A stretch of DNA of 64,000 nt, from the NCBI GenBank assembly GCA_032718475.1, contig JAUCBJ010003467.1, positions 62,001 through 126,000 on the forward strand, given 5' to 3'. Under the pieces are notes generated by a model. It did no database searches. It was given only the letters and a program-made list of their open reading frames with translations, and was not told the origin of the DNA. Positions 32,391 through 44,738 of this stretch are shown here, one piece after another; position 1 is the first letter of the stretch; every line of letters starts with the position of its first letter. This stretch comes from Nemertoderma westbladi (Eukaryota; Animalia; Xenacoelomorpha). The translations under genes were made by a program, and so were the position numbers.

Positions 32391-32742
32391 AAGGAACTCG
32401 AACTCGCGACAGAGAAATATATTTGACAAACAATAAATAACAACAGTATTTGCGAATCCGTTGTAATGGGGAAGCCACTTCTACAAATGCGGGGGAATAG
32501 CATGTCAGTTATTAAACTATATTAACTTAGTCATATCACAAGTTTGTACCGTCGGGTGTGCGTTTAAACTCGGTTGAGGGTGGGACCCAAGGCGATACCT
32601 AGTACTAGGTATCGCCTTGGTGGGACCGGTAACAATTATTGATTTAGGGTTAATAGATGGGGGGTGGGGAATGTTTAATTGGAGAGTATTGCTCGAATGT
32701 TGTATTTATTAATTATTTATTATAAATATTAGTTTCTTATTA

Positions 32743-32963
32743 AATAAACTCAGTTATCGCTTGCATTAAATAAACTCAGTTATCGCTTGCATTAAAGAAA
32801 CTCAGTTATCGCATGCATTATTAAAGAAACTCAGTTATCGCTTGCATTAAAGAAACTCAGTTATCGCATGCATTATTAAAGAAACTCAGTTATCGCTTGC
32901 ATTAAATAAACTCAGTTATCGCTTGCATTAAATAAACTCAGTTATCGCTTGCATTAAATAAAC
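32743..32963. repeat. 25-28-bp minisatellite (AAACTCAGTTATCGCTTGCATTAAAT) x~8
   Basis: Direct tandem units. Confidence 0.9.
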
Positions 32964-35277
32964 GAAATTTTAAAGAAATTAAAAAAAGATATGAGCGTTC
33001 AAATCTTGCATGGTTTTGCACCGGTGCGAGGCTATTTTATTCTATTTAGTAAATAAACCATATTCTGGAACATTTTTTAAATGTATGAATAGCTACGTAA
33101 TAGTATGATTAAAGATGTAATGCATTGTTGCCCAGCTACGTATTTGGATAAACAAACTATTCTAGATTATGACGTATTTATTAAATAGAATAAAATAGCC
33201 TCGCATAGGTGCATAACCATGCAAAATCTGAACGCCCATATCTCCGCTATTTTTCAACGAAATTCAAATTGTGTTACATATTTGGAATCCTTGTACGGTC
33301 AGCTTTCTATCAGTACCCACCAATCACTATAAGGTTAAATAATAACTGCGGTGTAACTGGTGTAATATCGCTGGAGACTTTTTTTTTAAGTTTTAAACGC
33401 TTTTTTTAAACTTTAACGCTTTTTTTAAACACTTGTAGCTAAAGATTGAAAGCAAAAATAAAAAGTCTGGCTCACCCAGTCAGTAGTGGTCGGGAGGTGA
33501 AACTATCTCTGTTTCAAATTTCATGCAATCTCATTACGATTTGTAGAAAAATTAGGGGGGGGGGGGGGTGTCACTGAATTACGACACTATATTCTGGGAA
33601 ATGGTGTACTTTGGGAGCCGTCACTTAGTTGCACTCCCTTCTATAACTAGCGTTACTACATCGAAGGACTCTCGCAAAACTACAACGCCCAGTTTTTGCC
33701 ACAGTGGTGGATAAACGATGCTCATTGACGTGACACTGCGAAAGTTATACAATCTCACTTAACAAATACCGGTAGGAATAATTATACAATTCGGTAACAT
33801 AGTATAGTATAAAATCCTGCATGACCCTACAGATACCACAATAACTGATAGCTACACGCCATCTCGGCGAACTCTATGTCGGAGTATTGCGTTGTTCTAT
33901 ATGGCAGCCGAACTGTCCAGGTAAGGCAAAGCATTCTAGACGTTTGGACAATTCCTATCTAATATTTGTTGTTTTAACTGCAACTGTTGTGTCGGATAAT
34001 TGATTGATTACCGACAAGTAAAGAAAATCTGACACAAATTGAAAGATTTTTGATAGATTATTCCATAATTGATTACAACTACTGCCCACACAACCTCACG
34101 CAAGATGAACTGTTTCTTTTTTAATTTATAATAATATATCGATTGTGTTAAAGGTAAGTAATATAGGATGTCAAGTATGAAAGTCGAATTATCATTCAAC
34201 ATCCTCCTGACACTAATTATTGTTCTTCCTCACACCAGTTAACTATATTTACTGATGATATAACTAATTAGAAGACCGTAAGGGCTTCTTGCTGTCAAAA
34301 AACACGTCTGTGGGGGTGTGTGTATGTGTGTGTGTGTGCACTGGTTAACGCTACATACTGTGGACGTAAGTGCCATACAATACCCACGTTCTGGGGACCT
34401 TTCGCGAACTGGGGACGTCCCCAGAACATTCTGACTGGAAATTCGAAATCTTCATTGCCAAATTAGTCTAAATATGAAATTTCACCGTATTTAGGCTCAG
34501 TCCCCACTTTGTTTGTGTTAAGCCGCACTCGTATGTGTTCGGTGTGTATGGGATGTAAATATTGATGTCCCCACTATAACAGTGATAAGTATACACACAT
34601 TATCTACGTCATTTTGTGACGTCACAATGTCCCCAGTGAGCTTAATTTTTAACGACCCCGGTTTGTGGTTGAAATTAAGTATATTATGAGTTATGTTCAA
34701 TTATTTATGGATTAGTTAGTCAGGTCTGTCTTTGAGACAATGCAGCTCAGGCAATCCCTAGATAATGTTTTTTTTATTGCTTTTATACACTCGTGAATAA
34801 TTGTAAAAGTTAATATTTCATTATGAGTTACCTAAGCACCCCTTGTGGTGCAACTTTCCTCAGTTACTATAACAATGGATTTTCACTTTGTCGATAGTGC
34901 TAAACAATCCCGCATGCACTATGCATACAAGCATGTAGCAATTTTTTTAAAAAATATGTGGACAAATATCGTAATACGGCTACTGCTACTTTTTTTTCTG
35001 CGGGGGCATTAATTAAATTCATGTTTAAAATAAATACAAATAAGGTGGAGCACAACGATATATGATATAACTCTTATCATTCAAATTACATTCAACTCAT
35101 TCAATTATATTGAATATATCATGAATTTTATACCTTTAATTTTTTAGACCCTTCTACGTACTGTAGTTGAAATAGACATTATAATAAATTAACGAAAACA
35201 CACCCATTCTAAATAGTGTACTGTACCTGGCGCATATCTGGGGACATTAGTTTTTTAGTGCTGAGAGTATTATATTA

Positions 35278-37212
35278 TGCCCTACGTTCTACTTATGTAG
35301 GTAGTTGCAATGGACGTTAAGAATATATAATAATATTAATAAATTAACGAAAACACACCGTTCTAAATACTGTCCATTGCGCACATCTGGGGACATTAGT
35401 TTTTGTATTGTTTTTCTGCAGACCATACGGTATGTAGTTGCAATGGACATTAAGACAATTTTTTATATATTGACGAAAACACACCATTCTAAATACTGTC
35501 CCTTACGCACATCTGGGAACATTAGTTTTTTTAGTGCTGGGAGTATTATAATAGGCCCTACGTATAGTTGCAATGAATGTTACTACTACTACTACTACTA
35601 GGTCGAGCGAACTCGGACAGTGGAAATGAGATCCTTCCAGGCTTCCACAGATCTCGCGGTCAGCCACACACAGTCCAGGTGGTCCCAGCAACAGAGCGCA
35701 CACAGATCTCGTGGTCAGCCACACACAGTCCCGCCGGTCCCAGCAACAGAGCGCACACAGATCTCGCGGTCAGCCACACAGAGTCCCGGCGGTCCCAACA
35801 ACAGAGCTCACACAGATCTCGCGGTCAGCCACACACAGTCCCGGCGGTCCTAGCAATAGAGCGCACACAGATCTCGCGGTCAGCCACACAGAGTCCCGGC
35901 GGTCCCAGCAACAGAGCGCACACAGATCTCGCGGTCAGCCACGCACAGTCCCGGTGGTCCCAGCAACAGAGCGCACACAGATCTCGTGGTCAGCCACACA
36001 CAGTCCCGGCGGTCCCAGCAACAGAGCGCACACAGATCTCGCGGTCAGCCACACACAGTCCCGGCGGTCCCAGCAACAGAGCGCACACAGATCTCGCGGT
36101 CAGCCACGCACAGTCCCGGTGGTCCCAGCAACAGAGCGCACACAGATCTCGCGGTCAGCCACACACAGACCCGGCGGTCCCAGCAACAGAGCGCACACAG
36201 ATCTCGCGTTCAGCCACACACAACTGCCCTGTTATAATAAATCTTTACAGTATATATAAATAAATTTGTAATTTGATAAATTTGATTTGAATTTAATTTA
36301 ATTTGATTTAATAAAAACTGTATATGTATGTATTGTGCCCTACGTTCTACTTATGTAGGTAGTTGCAATGGACGTTAAGAATATATAATAAATTAACGAG
36401 AACACACCGTTCCAAATACTGTCCCTTGCGCACATCTGGGGACATTAGTTTTTGTATTGTTTTTCTGCAGACCATACGGTATGTAGTTGCAATGGACATT
36501 AAGACAATTTTTTATATATTGACGAAAACACACCATTCTAAATACTGTCCCTTGCGCACATCTGGGAACATTAGTTTTTTTAGTGCTGGGAGTATTATAA
36601 TAGGCCCTACGTATAGTTGCAATGAATGTTACTACTACTACTACTACTAGGTCGAGCGAACTCGGACAGTGGAAATGAGATCCTTCCAGGCTTCCACAGA
36701 TCTCGCGGTCAGCCACACACAGTCCTGGCGGTCCCAGCAACAGAGCGAGAGTGCACACAGATCTCGCGGTCAGTCACACACAGACCCGGGGGTCCCATCA
36801 ACAGAATGCACACAGATCTCGCAGTCAGCCACACACAGTCCCAGCGGTCCCAGCAACAGAGCGAGAGTGCACACAGATCTCGCGGTCAGTCACACACAGA
36901 CCCGGCGGTCCCAGCAACAGAACGCACACAGATCTCGCAGTCAGCCACACACAGTCCCAGCGGTCCCAGCAACAGAACGCACACAGATCTCGCGGTCAGC
37001 CACACACAGTCCCGGTGGTCCCAGCAACAGAGCGCACACAGATCTCGCGGTCAGCCACACACAGACCCGGCGGTCCCAGCAACAGAGCGCACACAGATCT
37101 CGCGTTCAGCCACACACAACTGCCCTGTTATAATAAATCTTTATATATAAATAAATTTGTAATTTGATAAATTTGATTTGAATTTAATTTAATTTGATTT
37201 AATAAAAACTGA
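35278..37212. repeat. ~1.06-kb tandem duplication; each copy holds a short RTE 3' end and a 55-bp minisatellite
   Basis: TGCCCTACGTTCTACTTATG at 35278 and 36336. The 55-bp unit CACAGATCTCGCGGTCAGCCACACACAGTCCCGGCGGTCCCAGCAACAGAGCGCA occurs ~10 times (35646-36220) and ~7 times (36695-37117). Minus strand reads WKDLISTVRVRST* followed by (TAG)n. Confidence 0.85.
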
Positions 37213-37243
37213 TTCATGAACAAAACAGGTTCATGATTTAATT

Positions 37244-37912
37244 TTGCAACCGCATCCTACAGAACCATTTTCTCATCTACGGACTGCTATGGTTCATCGA
37301 TTAGCTGCTTCCGAGACAGCGCGCCTTAAGCAGTTATTGTCAACCGAGGAACTCGGAGATAGGAAGCCCTCTCAAGTGCTACGGCACATGCAACAATTAC
37401 TGGGGACAGCTACAGTCGAACCCCAACTAATGCGAAATCTGTTTATCCAGAAGTTGCCTTCCAGTGTCCAAACTATTCTGGCTGTCTGTCCATCCACCAC
37501 GGATTTAGTCACCCTAGCTGATATGGCTGATAAAGTCATAGAAGTGACTCAACCTGAAGTCCACGTAAACCACCTAACGACTAGTACCGGTATTTCTGGT
37601 CTACCTCTGGCTGCGGGTCAAACGGCTGTGGAAAACTCATCTGTTCTACAGGATCTCATAAAAACTGTTAACGAATTGCGCTTGGAAGTGAACGAAATCC
37701 GCTGTGGCCATCCAACTGACCGAGACAATCCATGTTCGGACAACTACTCAACATCCCGGTGCATGCGTAGCTGTTCCCGTTCCGTTGGTTGGTACAATTC
37801 TCAAGGATCGCTGTGCTATTACCACTGGAGATACCGTGCTAGAGCGCAGAAGTGTACTAAACCTTGCGAATGGCAGAATCAGAACAACAACCATGGACAG
37901 TCGGAAAACTAG
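37244..37912 (+). pseudogene. Gypsy gag, N-terminally truncated
   Basis: CsRN1-type Gag motifs; ends GGAAAACTAG overlapping pol in the -1 frame. Confidence 0.8.
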
Positions 37913-40900
37913 CAATCCCGCCGAACAACCCGGTGGGTTCGGCGTGGAATATATCCTCCGTATTCTGCATACCCGGAACTCAGAACGGAAAAACTAGTAG
38001 TTTTCTTATTGATAGTGGGGCCCAAATTAGTGCGATTCCCCCAAACTCAACTGAACGCAAATGTCCGGATGTCAACTCAGCATTACGGGCTGCAAATGGA
38101 ACCACTATCAAGACATACGGCAGACGAACTGTAACTATTTCATCATTTGGTAAACTGCGCCGGCGGTACAAGTGGACTTTTATTGTTGCTGATATTCACC
38201 AACCAATTTTGGGAGTAGATTTCCTAGGCCACGCTCAACTCTTAGTTGACTGCACTCACTACTGTATTATTGACAATATCACCAAACTGAAGGCCTTTGG
38301 GAAACCCAACGACATCTTACTTCTACTTAAACCAATGTTCTTCGAAGTGTCAGTTGATTTACCCACACCTTACAAGGAAATCATAGAGAAATATCCCAAT
38401 GTTATCAAGGAGTTTAATCCTTCAAAAACCACTCCCAAACATAATGTGAAACACCATATTAAGACATCGGGTCCACCCACATTTTGCCAGCCGCGACGAT
38501 TAACGCTGAGTAAACTACAAGTAGCGAAACACGAATATGACAACTTGTTAGACCTCGGTATAGTCCGCACATCATCCAGTCCATGGGCTTCCCGTTACAT
38601 ATGGTCCCGAAGCAAATTCCAGGACAATGGCGGCCCTGCGGTGACTACCACAATTGAAATCTACAAACAGTCCCAGATCGATACCCTTTACCTCACATCA
38701 CAGACTGTACAGCAAGCCTATCCGGATCGAAGATATTTAGCAAGATTGATCTAGTCAAGGCCTATAACCAAATCCCCGTAGCAGAGGAAGACATTCCTAA
38801 AACTGCAATAACTACACCATTTGGTCTGTACGAGTTTGTCTGCATGCCTTTTGGGCTCCGGAATGCAGCTCAAACCTTACAGCGTTTCATCAACAATATT
38901 ATTAATGATATGGATGGAGTTATAGGCCGCTCAGGTGACTTACTGATCCACTCACTGGACTTAGAAACTCACCTGTCAACATTAGACGAATTACTGAGAC
39001 GTCTCGACGTACATGGACTCTGTATAAACCTCAGCAAGTGTGTCTTTGGCGTTTCTGAGATAGTTTTCTTTGGATATACTATTGATGCTCACGGAATACA
39101 ACCACCACTGGAGAAAACTGAAGCCCTTAGAGATTACCCGGCACCACAGTCTAAATCAGCACTTAGACGATTTCTCGGCATGTGTAATTATTATTCACGT
39201 TTCGTGTCGCGATACCAAGTTATTGCTTCCCCCCTCACTGATTTATTGCAGGATAAAAACTCTGATTTTACATGGTCAAGGGAAGCTGATGAAGCCTTTA
39301 ACTCATTAAAGAATGCACTTATTAATGCTACTAAGCTGCGCCACCCTACATTTGATAAAGATGCATCTGTTAAAATATCATTAACCACACTAAATACGGA
39401 TGCTTCCAATAAAGCAGTCGGCGCTGTTCTTCACCAATGTTCAGAAACTGGCGATATTGAACCACAACCACTGGCGTTTTTCTCCAAGAAATTGAAACCC
39501 AATGAACAACGTTATGGAGCATATGATCGTGAAATACTAGCGATAATGTTAGCGATTAAACATTTTAAGCATCAACTAGAGGGCACTGACTTTGTGGTAT
39601 ATACTGACCAAAAACCATTGACCCATGCACTGACAGCCAAAGACCCATCACCACGCCAGCAACGCTATCTTTCTTACATTGCAGAATTTACGAGCGACAT
39701 TCGCTATATAGCGGGTCGGGAGAATGTGGTAGCTGATGCCCCTTCTCGGATAGAGATAGACTCGATCAGAAGTGGCTATCCACTGTGTCTTTCAGCGTCA
39801 CAATTAGCAAACTCACAAGCAGAGGATACTGAGCTATCAAATCTTATTCACAATCCGATTCCATGTAGTAATATTGTTCTAGAATGGCGGACAATAAACT
39901 CGGCAATTCCACTGCTGATATATATGGTGATGTGTCAATGGAACAGACTAGACCATACGCATACATACCAACAAAACTCAGAGAGCAAGTGTTTGAGCAG
40001 TTGCATGGAATTTCACATTCGGGTTGTAAAGCCACTCGCAGATTAATATCCGAGCGTTTCATCTGGCCTGGGATGCGAATAGACATTACAGCCTGGTGTA
40101 AACAATGTGATATTTGTCAGCAATCCAAGATTAGTTGCCATATACATACACCCATATCTACAATTCCAATAAACTCGCGCTTTGAAACCATCCACATTGA
40201 TTTTGTTGGTCATCTACCATCTTCAAATAGAAACAGATACATACTCACCATTATTGATAGGTTCACGCGATGGCCAGCCGCTGTTGCCATAGCTACTGCG
40301 GACTCCAAAACCTCCTTGTGCTTTTTATGGGAGCATTGGTTCTCAACATTCAGTCTACCGAAAATTATTATTCACGATCGCGGATCAGCATTTACATCCC
40401 GAGAATTTAAAGATGAAATGAAGCGTCTTGGCATCGAAGATAAACCTACAACAGCCTATCATCCTCAGTGTAATGGGATGGTGGAGCGCTGGCATCGGAG
40501 ATTAAAAGATGCACTCAAGGCTTACATCGGTGAGCATCCCCAGGATTGGTGTTCTGTTTTGCCCATTATATTGCTTCAACTCCGAACTACGATTAGGGAT
40601 GATACACACAATTCCCCAGCTGATCTCACAATTGGCCAACCATTGAGGCTGCCATGTGATATGTTTGAGAAGCACTCAGATTTACCAGCAACATATAGCT
40701 TCGGCACGAAGTTACAAACTCATATGAGAAACTTACAGAGCTCCAATACTAACTATCGGAACCCTAACCATCCGATTTACATACCGGAGACGATTTACAC
40801 ATCGGATTATGTCTGGTTGCGAATTAACTGTCAAAAAGCCTTTGCAACGCCCTTATATTGGACCTTTCAAAATCTTGGATCGCACCAATAAAACTGTCAC

Positions 40901-41129
40901 CATACTCAAGGGCGATAAACAAGATGTCGTATCCTTAGACCGTATTAAACCCGCCATCCTAGGTTCTACAACGTTACACTCCAAGACATGCAACGTAGGG
41001 AGTGGGAACGGTGAAGCAAAGCCAAAACAAACTGAAACTGGAAACACACATAACAACAAGGGCGAAGCAATTCATCCTGCTACAGACTACATTAGTAAGC
41101 GAGGCAGACGCGTAAAATTTCGGTTTTAG
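37864..41129 (+). pseudogene. Gypsy pol (PR, RT, RNase H, IN), frameshifted
   Basis: LIDSGA protease; [11 protein letters not shown] but GRSGD in place of YxDD; [12 protein letters not shown] RNase H; H-H-C-C, IHIDFVG, IIHDRG, NGMVERWH integrase; split over four ORFs. Confidence 0.9.
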
Positions 41130-41292
41130 AATTTATTTGTTTATATATATTGTTAGTAGCTCCGCTAGTAGGTCGGGGAGTGATATAGTGATATGAAAAT
41201 ATGATATTGATATGGAGGGAAATTTAAAAATATAATTATATATATATCTACATGAATTGATTTTGATTATTATTTTTCTCTTATACCCAAAA

Positions 41293-41830
41293 CACTACAG
41301 AGGGGGTGGGGGGAGTAGTCGAACAAACCTCGACAGAGTGGAGGATGTAGTCGGACATACCCCGACAGTATGGAGGACTCTATAACCGGACATACCACTA
41401 CATAGGGGGTGGGGGAGTAGTCGGACACACCTCGACAGTGTGGGGGATGTAGTCGGACATACCTCGACAGTGTGGGGGACTGTAGACGGACATACCACTA
41501 CAGAGGGAGTGGGGGGAGTAGTCGGACATACCTCGACAGAGTGGAGGATGTAGTCAGACATACCCCGATAGTGTGGAGGACTCTACAGTCGGATATACCA
41601 CTACAGAGGGGGTGGGGGGTGTGGTCGGACATACCTCGACAGTGTGGGGGACTGTAGTCGGACATACCTCGACAGTGTGGGGGACTGTAGTCGGACATAT
41701 CACTACAGTGGGGGCGGGGGAAGTAGTCGGACACACCTAGACAGTGTGGGTGACTGTAGTCGGACATACCTAGACAGCGGGGGGGGGGTGAGGGGGGGGG
41801 GGTGGGGGGAGTAGTCAGACATTCCTCGAA
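41293..41830. repeat. Complex G-rich tandem array (GTAGTCGGACATACCTCGACAGTGTGGGG, ~33-35 bp variants)
   Basis: About 15 imperfect units. Confidence 0.85.
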
Positions 41831-41996
41831 CAATAGGGTGTAGGGCATCATTTGTCATGATTGCTAACTGATGTTATCTTCAAAGTTTTCACTAACCTCT
41901 GTTCCTAAGCCTTCATCTTCCTCCCCTGACTCAAGTTCGCTGTCGTTTGAATCCGAGAGATATCTCATTATATATATTTTTGCTAGTTATTTCCAT

Positions 41997-42078
41997 GTTT
42001 TTCACCCGGGTGATAAATGTTTTTCACCCGGGTGATAAATGTTTTTCACCCGGGTGATAAATGTTTCACTTGGGTGAT
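41997..42078. repeat. 22-bp palindromic minisatellite TGTTTTTCACCCGGGTGATAAA x3-4
   Basis: Direct tandem units, each containing the palindrome TCACCCGGGTGA. Confidence 0.85.
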
Positions 42079-42727
42079 GGAATGGAAATAATTGGCCACA
42101 ATGAGCCACCGCAGTATATTGCAATGTTAATCCTACTATTATTATGTCACAGTTACGGCCACGGTTATTCAAACTCGTGATTAAAATCTGCCATATTTGA
42201 TTTTGCTTGTCATTTATTTACAGTAGATAAATTTCCTACAAACTCAATTAGAGAGGAATGCGCTCCTCACACGTCGTACTCAACTCATCAGCCAATTGGA
42301 TGCTTACATTGGATTCATCTCAGAATAATATATAAACCCGCAAATAATATTATTTAACATCAACTAATTATTTCACATTTTAGATTTAAAGATTTTTTAT
42401 TCAGAATCAGGGTAAAATATTCCTACTCACAATAAGACGTAAGTATTATATTAATTATTATATTATTTTAAACTTGTAAGATGAATATGAACCGAGAGGC
42501 CGCATTGTCTGCTGACACTACCGGTAGTTATAATGGGTGTCATATAAAGGCCAACCAAATACCACATTTAATTCTTTCATCACTAAATGTAATATACTTG
42601 AATTGTTTAATCTTGTCATTTAGTTAGTCTTTTAGTTCATCACATAGTTATTTTGTCTTGTCAATGTGTCCAGAAATACATGCCATATTGATAATATTCT
42701 AGCCAATAAATGTCATTGGACATTAAC

Positions 42728-42880
42728 TTAAAGGACATTGGCCTTGAAGATGCGGATGATCTAGAAAATGTCATGGGTGATAGGGAGTTGTGGCGGTGCA
42801 ATTTTGTCGATAAGCCGGCACAGCATTCTTAAAAATGCAGCTGCAATGCAGCATGCCGATCCTAGTAGTAGTAGTAGTAG
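42728..42880 (+). mobile_element. RTE-clade LINE 3' end with (TAG)n tail
   Basis: KDIGLEDADDLENVMGDRELWR..* followed by TAGTAGTAG; same family as 56455-56795 and 27930-27975. Confidence 0.75.
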
Positions 42881-43863
42881 CCAATAAATACATTGACAAA
42901 AAATTTCTTGCATATTTGACAAGAGCAAGAGGATAGTTATTTGAGTGTAGGGATAATAACATGGCATCCCCACAGTCCGCAGACATCAGACATCGCAACT
43001 GCGCAGGGAGGGCCTTAATTTATATTTAGGAAGCAGCTGTCAAATGAATAAATTAATTTGTTAAGTAATTAAAGAAATTTGTGAATAATGAAGACAAGTC
43101 CGGCATCCCATCCATGTAATTATAATTCGTCGCTGTTGTTCTATACGGAGTAGCTAATGCGATGCGTCATCCAATCTGGCTCTGCCCATAGTAAACTGAG
43201 GCAAATAGTTACCGTCGAATCTATGACCCACTTTGTGGAACCTTTTTGACACGTCTTAAAATTGTTAATATAATGTGTGGAACCTTTTTGACACGTCTTA
43301 AAATTGTTAATATAATGTGTGGAACCTTTGATGCTCTGTAAATGATTAGTATCTGCAAATGATTCCTTATTAATTCTATGAGAAGTGAATATTTAAATGG
43401 CTCGGAATTGTGGTCTGTGCTCGTCGTCTCCTCAATAAGAGGCGACGACGTTTGTTTTATTGAAGCAGGTATCCCCCGAATATCTAATCCAATAAATCCA
43501 TCTCTCAGAGAGCGAAATGTAGTCCAGTCCTATAATCTGAAAAATTAAAATGCCAGATAAACATACTATATACTATAAACCAGATACTATAAAGGGATCG
43601 TGAAAATGTGACAAAATATGAATTACCATGGATTCACTTTAGACAGACCACTTTCAACTACATAATATTCTCAGACACCCTAATGGGACTTGGCTTAATC
43701 TTCAGACCTGCTCATAAATCCTTTTCTTGGAACGAAACACAGTTTTGACACCCAACTCCCTAATACCAAACCGAGTCTCAGCACCAGTCTCGTTGAGTGG
43801 GCCACCGGGCTTATTAAAATTCATATATTCATGTCGCAGTACACAAGATTTACCTAAAGGCAC

Positions 43864-44470
43864 CCTGAGGCACCAGGTACTATGGTAGTATTAACCGCCT
43901 AGGCAACGGGAACTACCCTCAGGCACCAGATACTTCGGTAATATTAACCGCCTAGGCAACGGGAACTACACTCAGGCACCAGGTACTACGGTAGTATTAA
44001 CCGCCTAGGCAACGGGAACTACCCTCAGGCACCAGGTACTACGGTAGTATTAACCGCCTAGGCAACGGGAACTACCCTCAGGCACCAGGTACTACGGTAG
44101 TATTAACCACCTAGGCAACGGGAACAACCCTCAGGCACCAGGTACTACGGTAGTATTAACCGCCTAGGCAACGGGAAAAACCCTCAGGCACCAGGTACTA
44201 CGGTAGTATTAACCGCCTAGGCAACGGGAACTACCCTCAGGCACCAGGTACTACGGTAGTATTAACCGCCTAGGCAACGGGAACTACCCTCAGGCACCAG
44301 GTACTTCGATAGTATTAACCGCCTAGGCAACGGGAACTACCCTCAGGCACTAGGTACTACGGTAGTATTAACCGCCTAGGCAACGGGAACTACCCTCAGG
44401 CAACAGGTACTCCGGTAGTATTAACCGCCTAGGCAACGGGAACTACCCTCAGGCACCAGGTACTTCGATA
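43864..44470. repeat. 53-bp minisatellite x~11
   Basis: CTCAGGCACCAGGTACTACGGTAGTATTAACCGCCTAGGCAACGGGAACTACC in tandem, with no spacers. Confidence 0.95.
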
Positions 44471-44473
44471 GTA

Positions 44474-44738
44474 CAGCAGGCCCTCGTATTGAGTGAGTAG
44501 TTCTAGGCACCAGGTACTAAACCTGGTGTCGAAATTGTTGCTTATATACTCTTGATGATATTAGCCAATGGGAGGTCTTCACAATATCCAGGCCAGCCAG
44601 AATATTAAGCCTGTGCTTGCAGAATTAGTTCCCCAGTCTTGAGTCTGCTACTACTATAGTAAGCAACAATTTCGATACCATGTTTAGTACCTGGTGCCTA
44701 GCAGCCTAGAGCTACTCACTTAATACTAGGACCTGCTG
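44474..44738. mobile_element. MITE with ~70-bp TIRs (pogo/Tigger-like CAGCAGG end)
   Basis: CAGCAGGCCCTCGTATTGAGTGAGTAG..GGCACCAGGTACTAAAC..TCGAAATTGTTGCTTA is inverted at 44660-44738. Confidence 0.7.

Larger units (their letters stand above)
37220..41299 (+). mobile_element. 5'-truncated, degenerate Ty3/Gypsy element (CsRN1/Kabuki-like)
   Basis: Gag (QLLSTEELGDRKPSQ; CYYHWRY..A.KC.KPC) then pol in PR-RT-RH-IN order; PPT GGTCGGGGAGTGA near 41171; possible short LTR TATAGTG...CACTACA at 41184-41299. No 5' LTR. Confidence 0.9.

Noticed and set aside
35577-37167. Long overlapping ORFs (228, 182, 174, 154 aa)
   Set aside because: They are translations of a stop-free 55-bp minisatellite.
35278-37212. 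The two ~1-kb direct repeats as LTRs of the Gypsy element
   Set aside because: Both lie on the same side, lack TG..CA ends and do not match the sequence after the PPT.
43328-43530. Possible minus-strand exon (DWTTFRSLRDGFIGLDIRG...)
   Set aside because: Open for ~68 codons after an AG, but no compatible neighbouring exons or recognisable homology were found.
43864-44470. CRISPR-like regular repeats (also 35646-37117 and 63621-64000)
   Set aside because: Units are head-to-tail with no unique spacers, there are no cas genes, and the context is eukaryotic.
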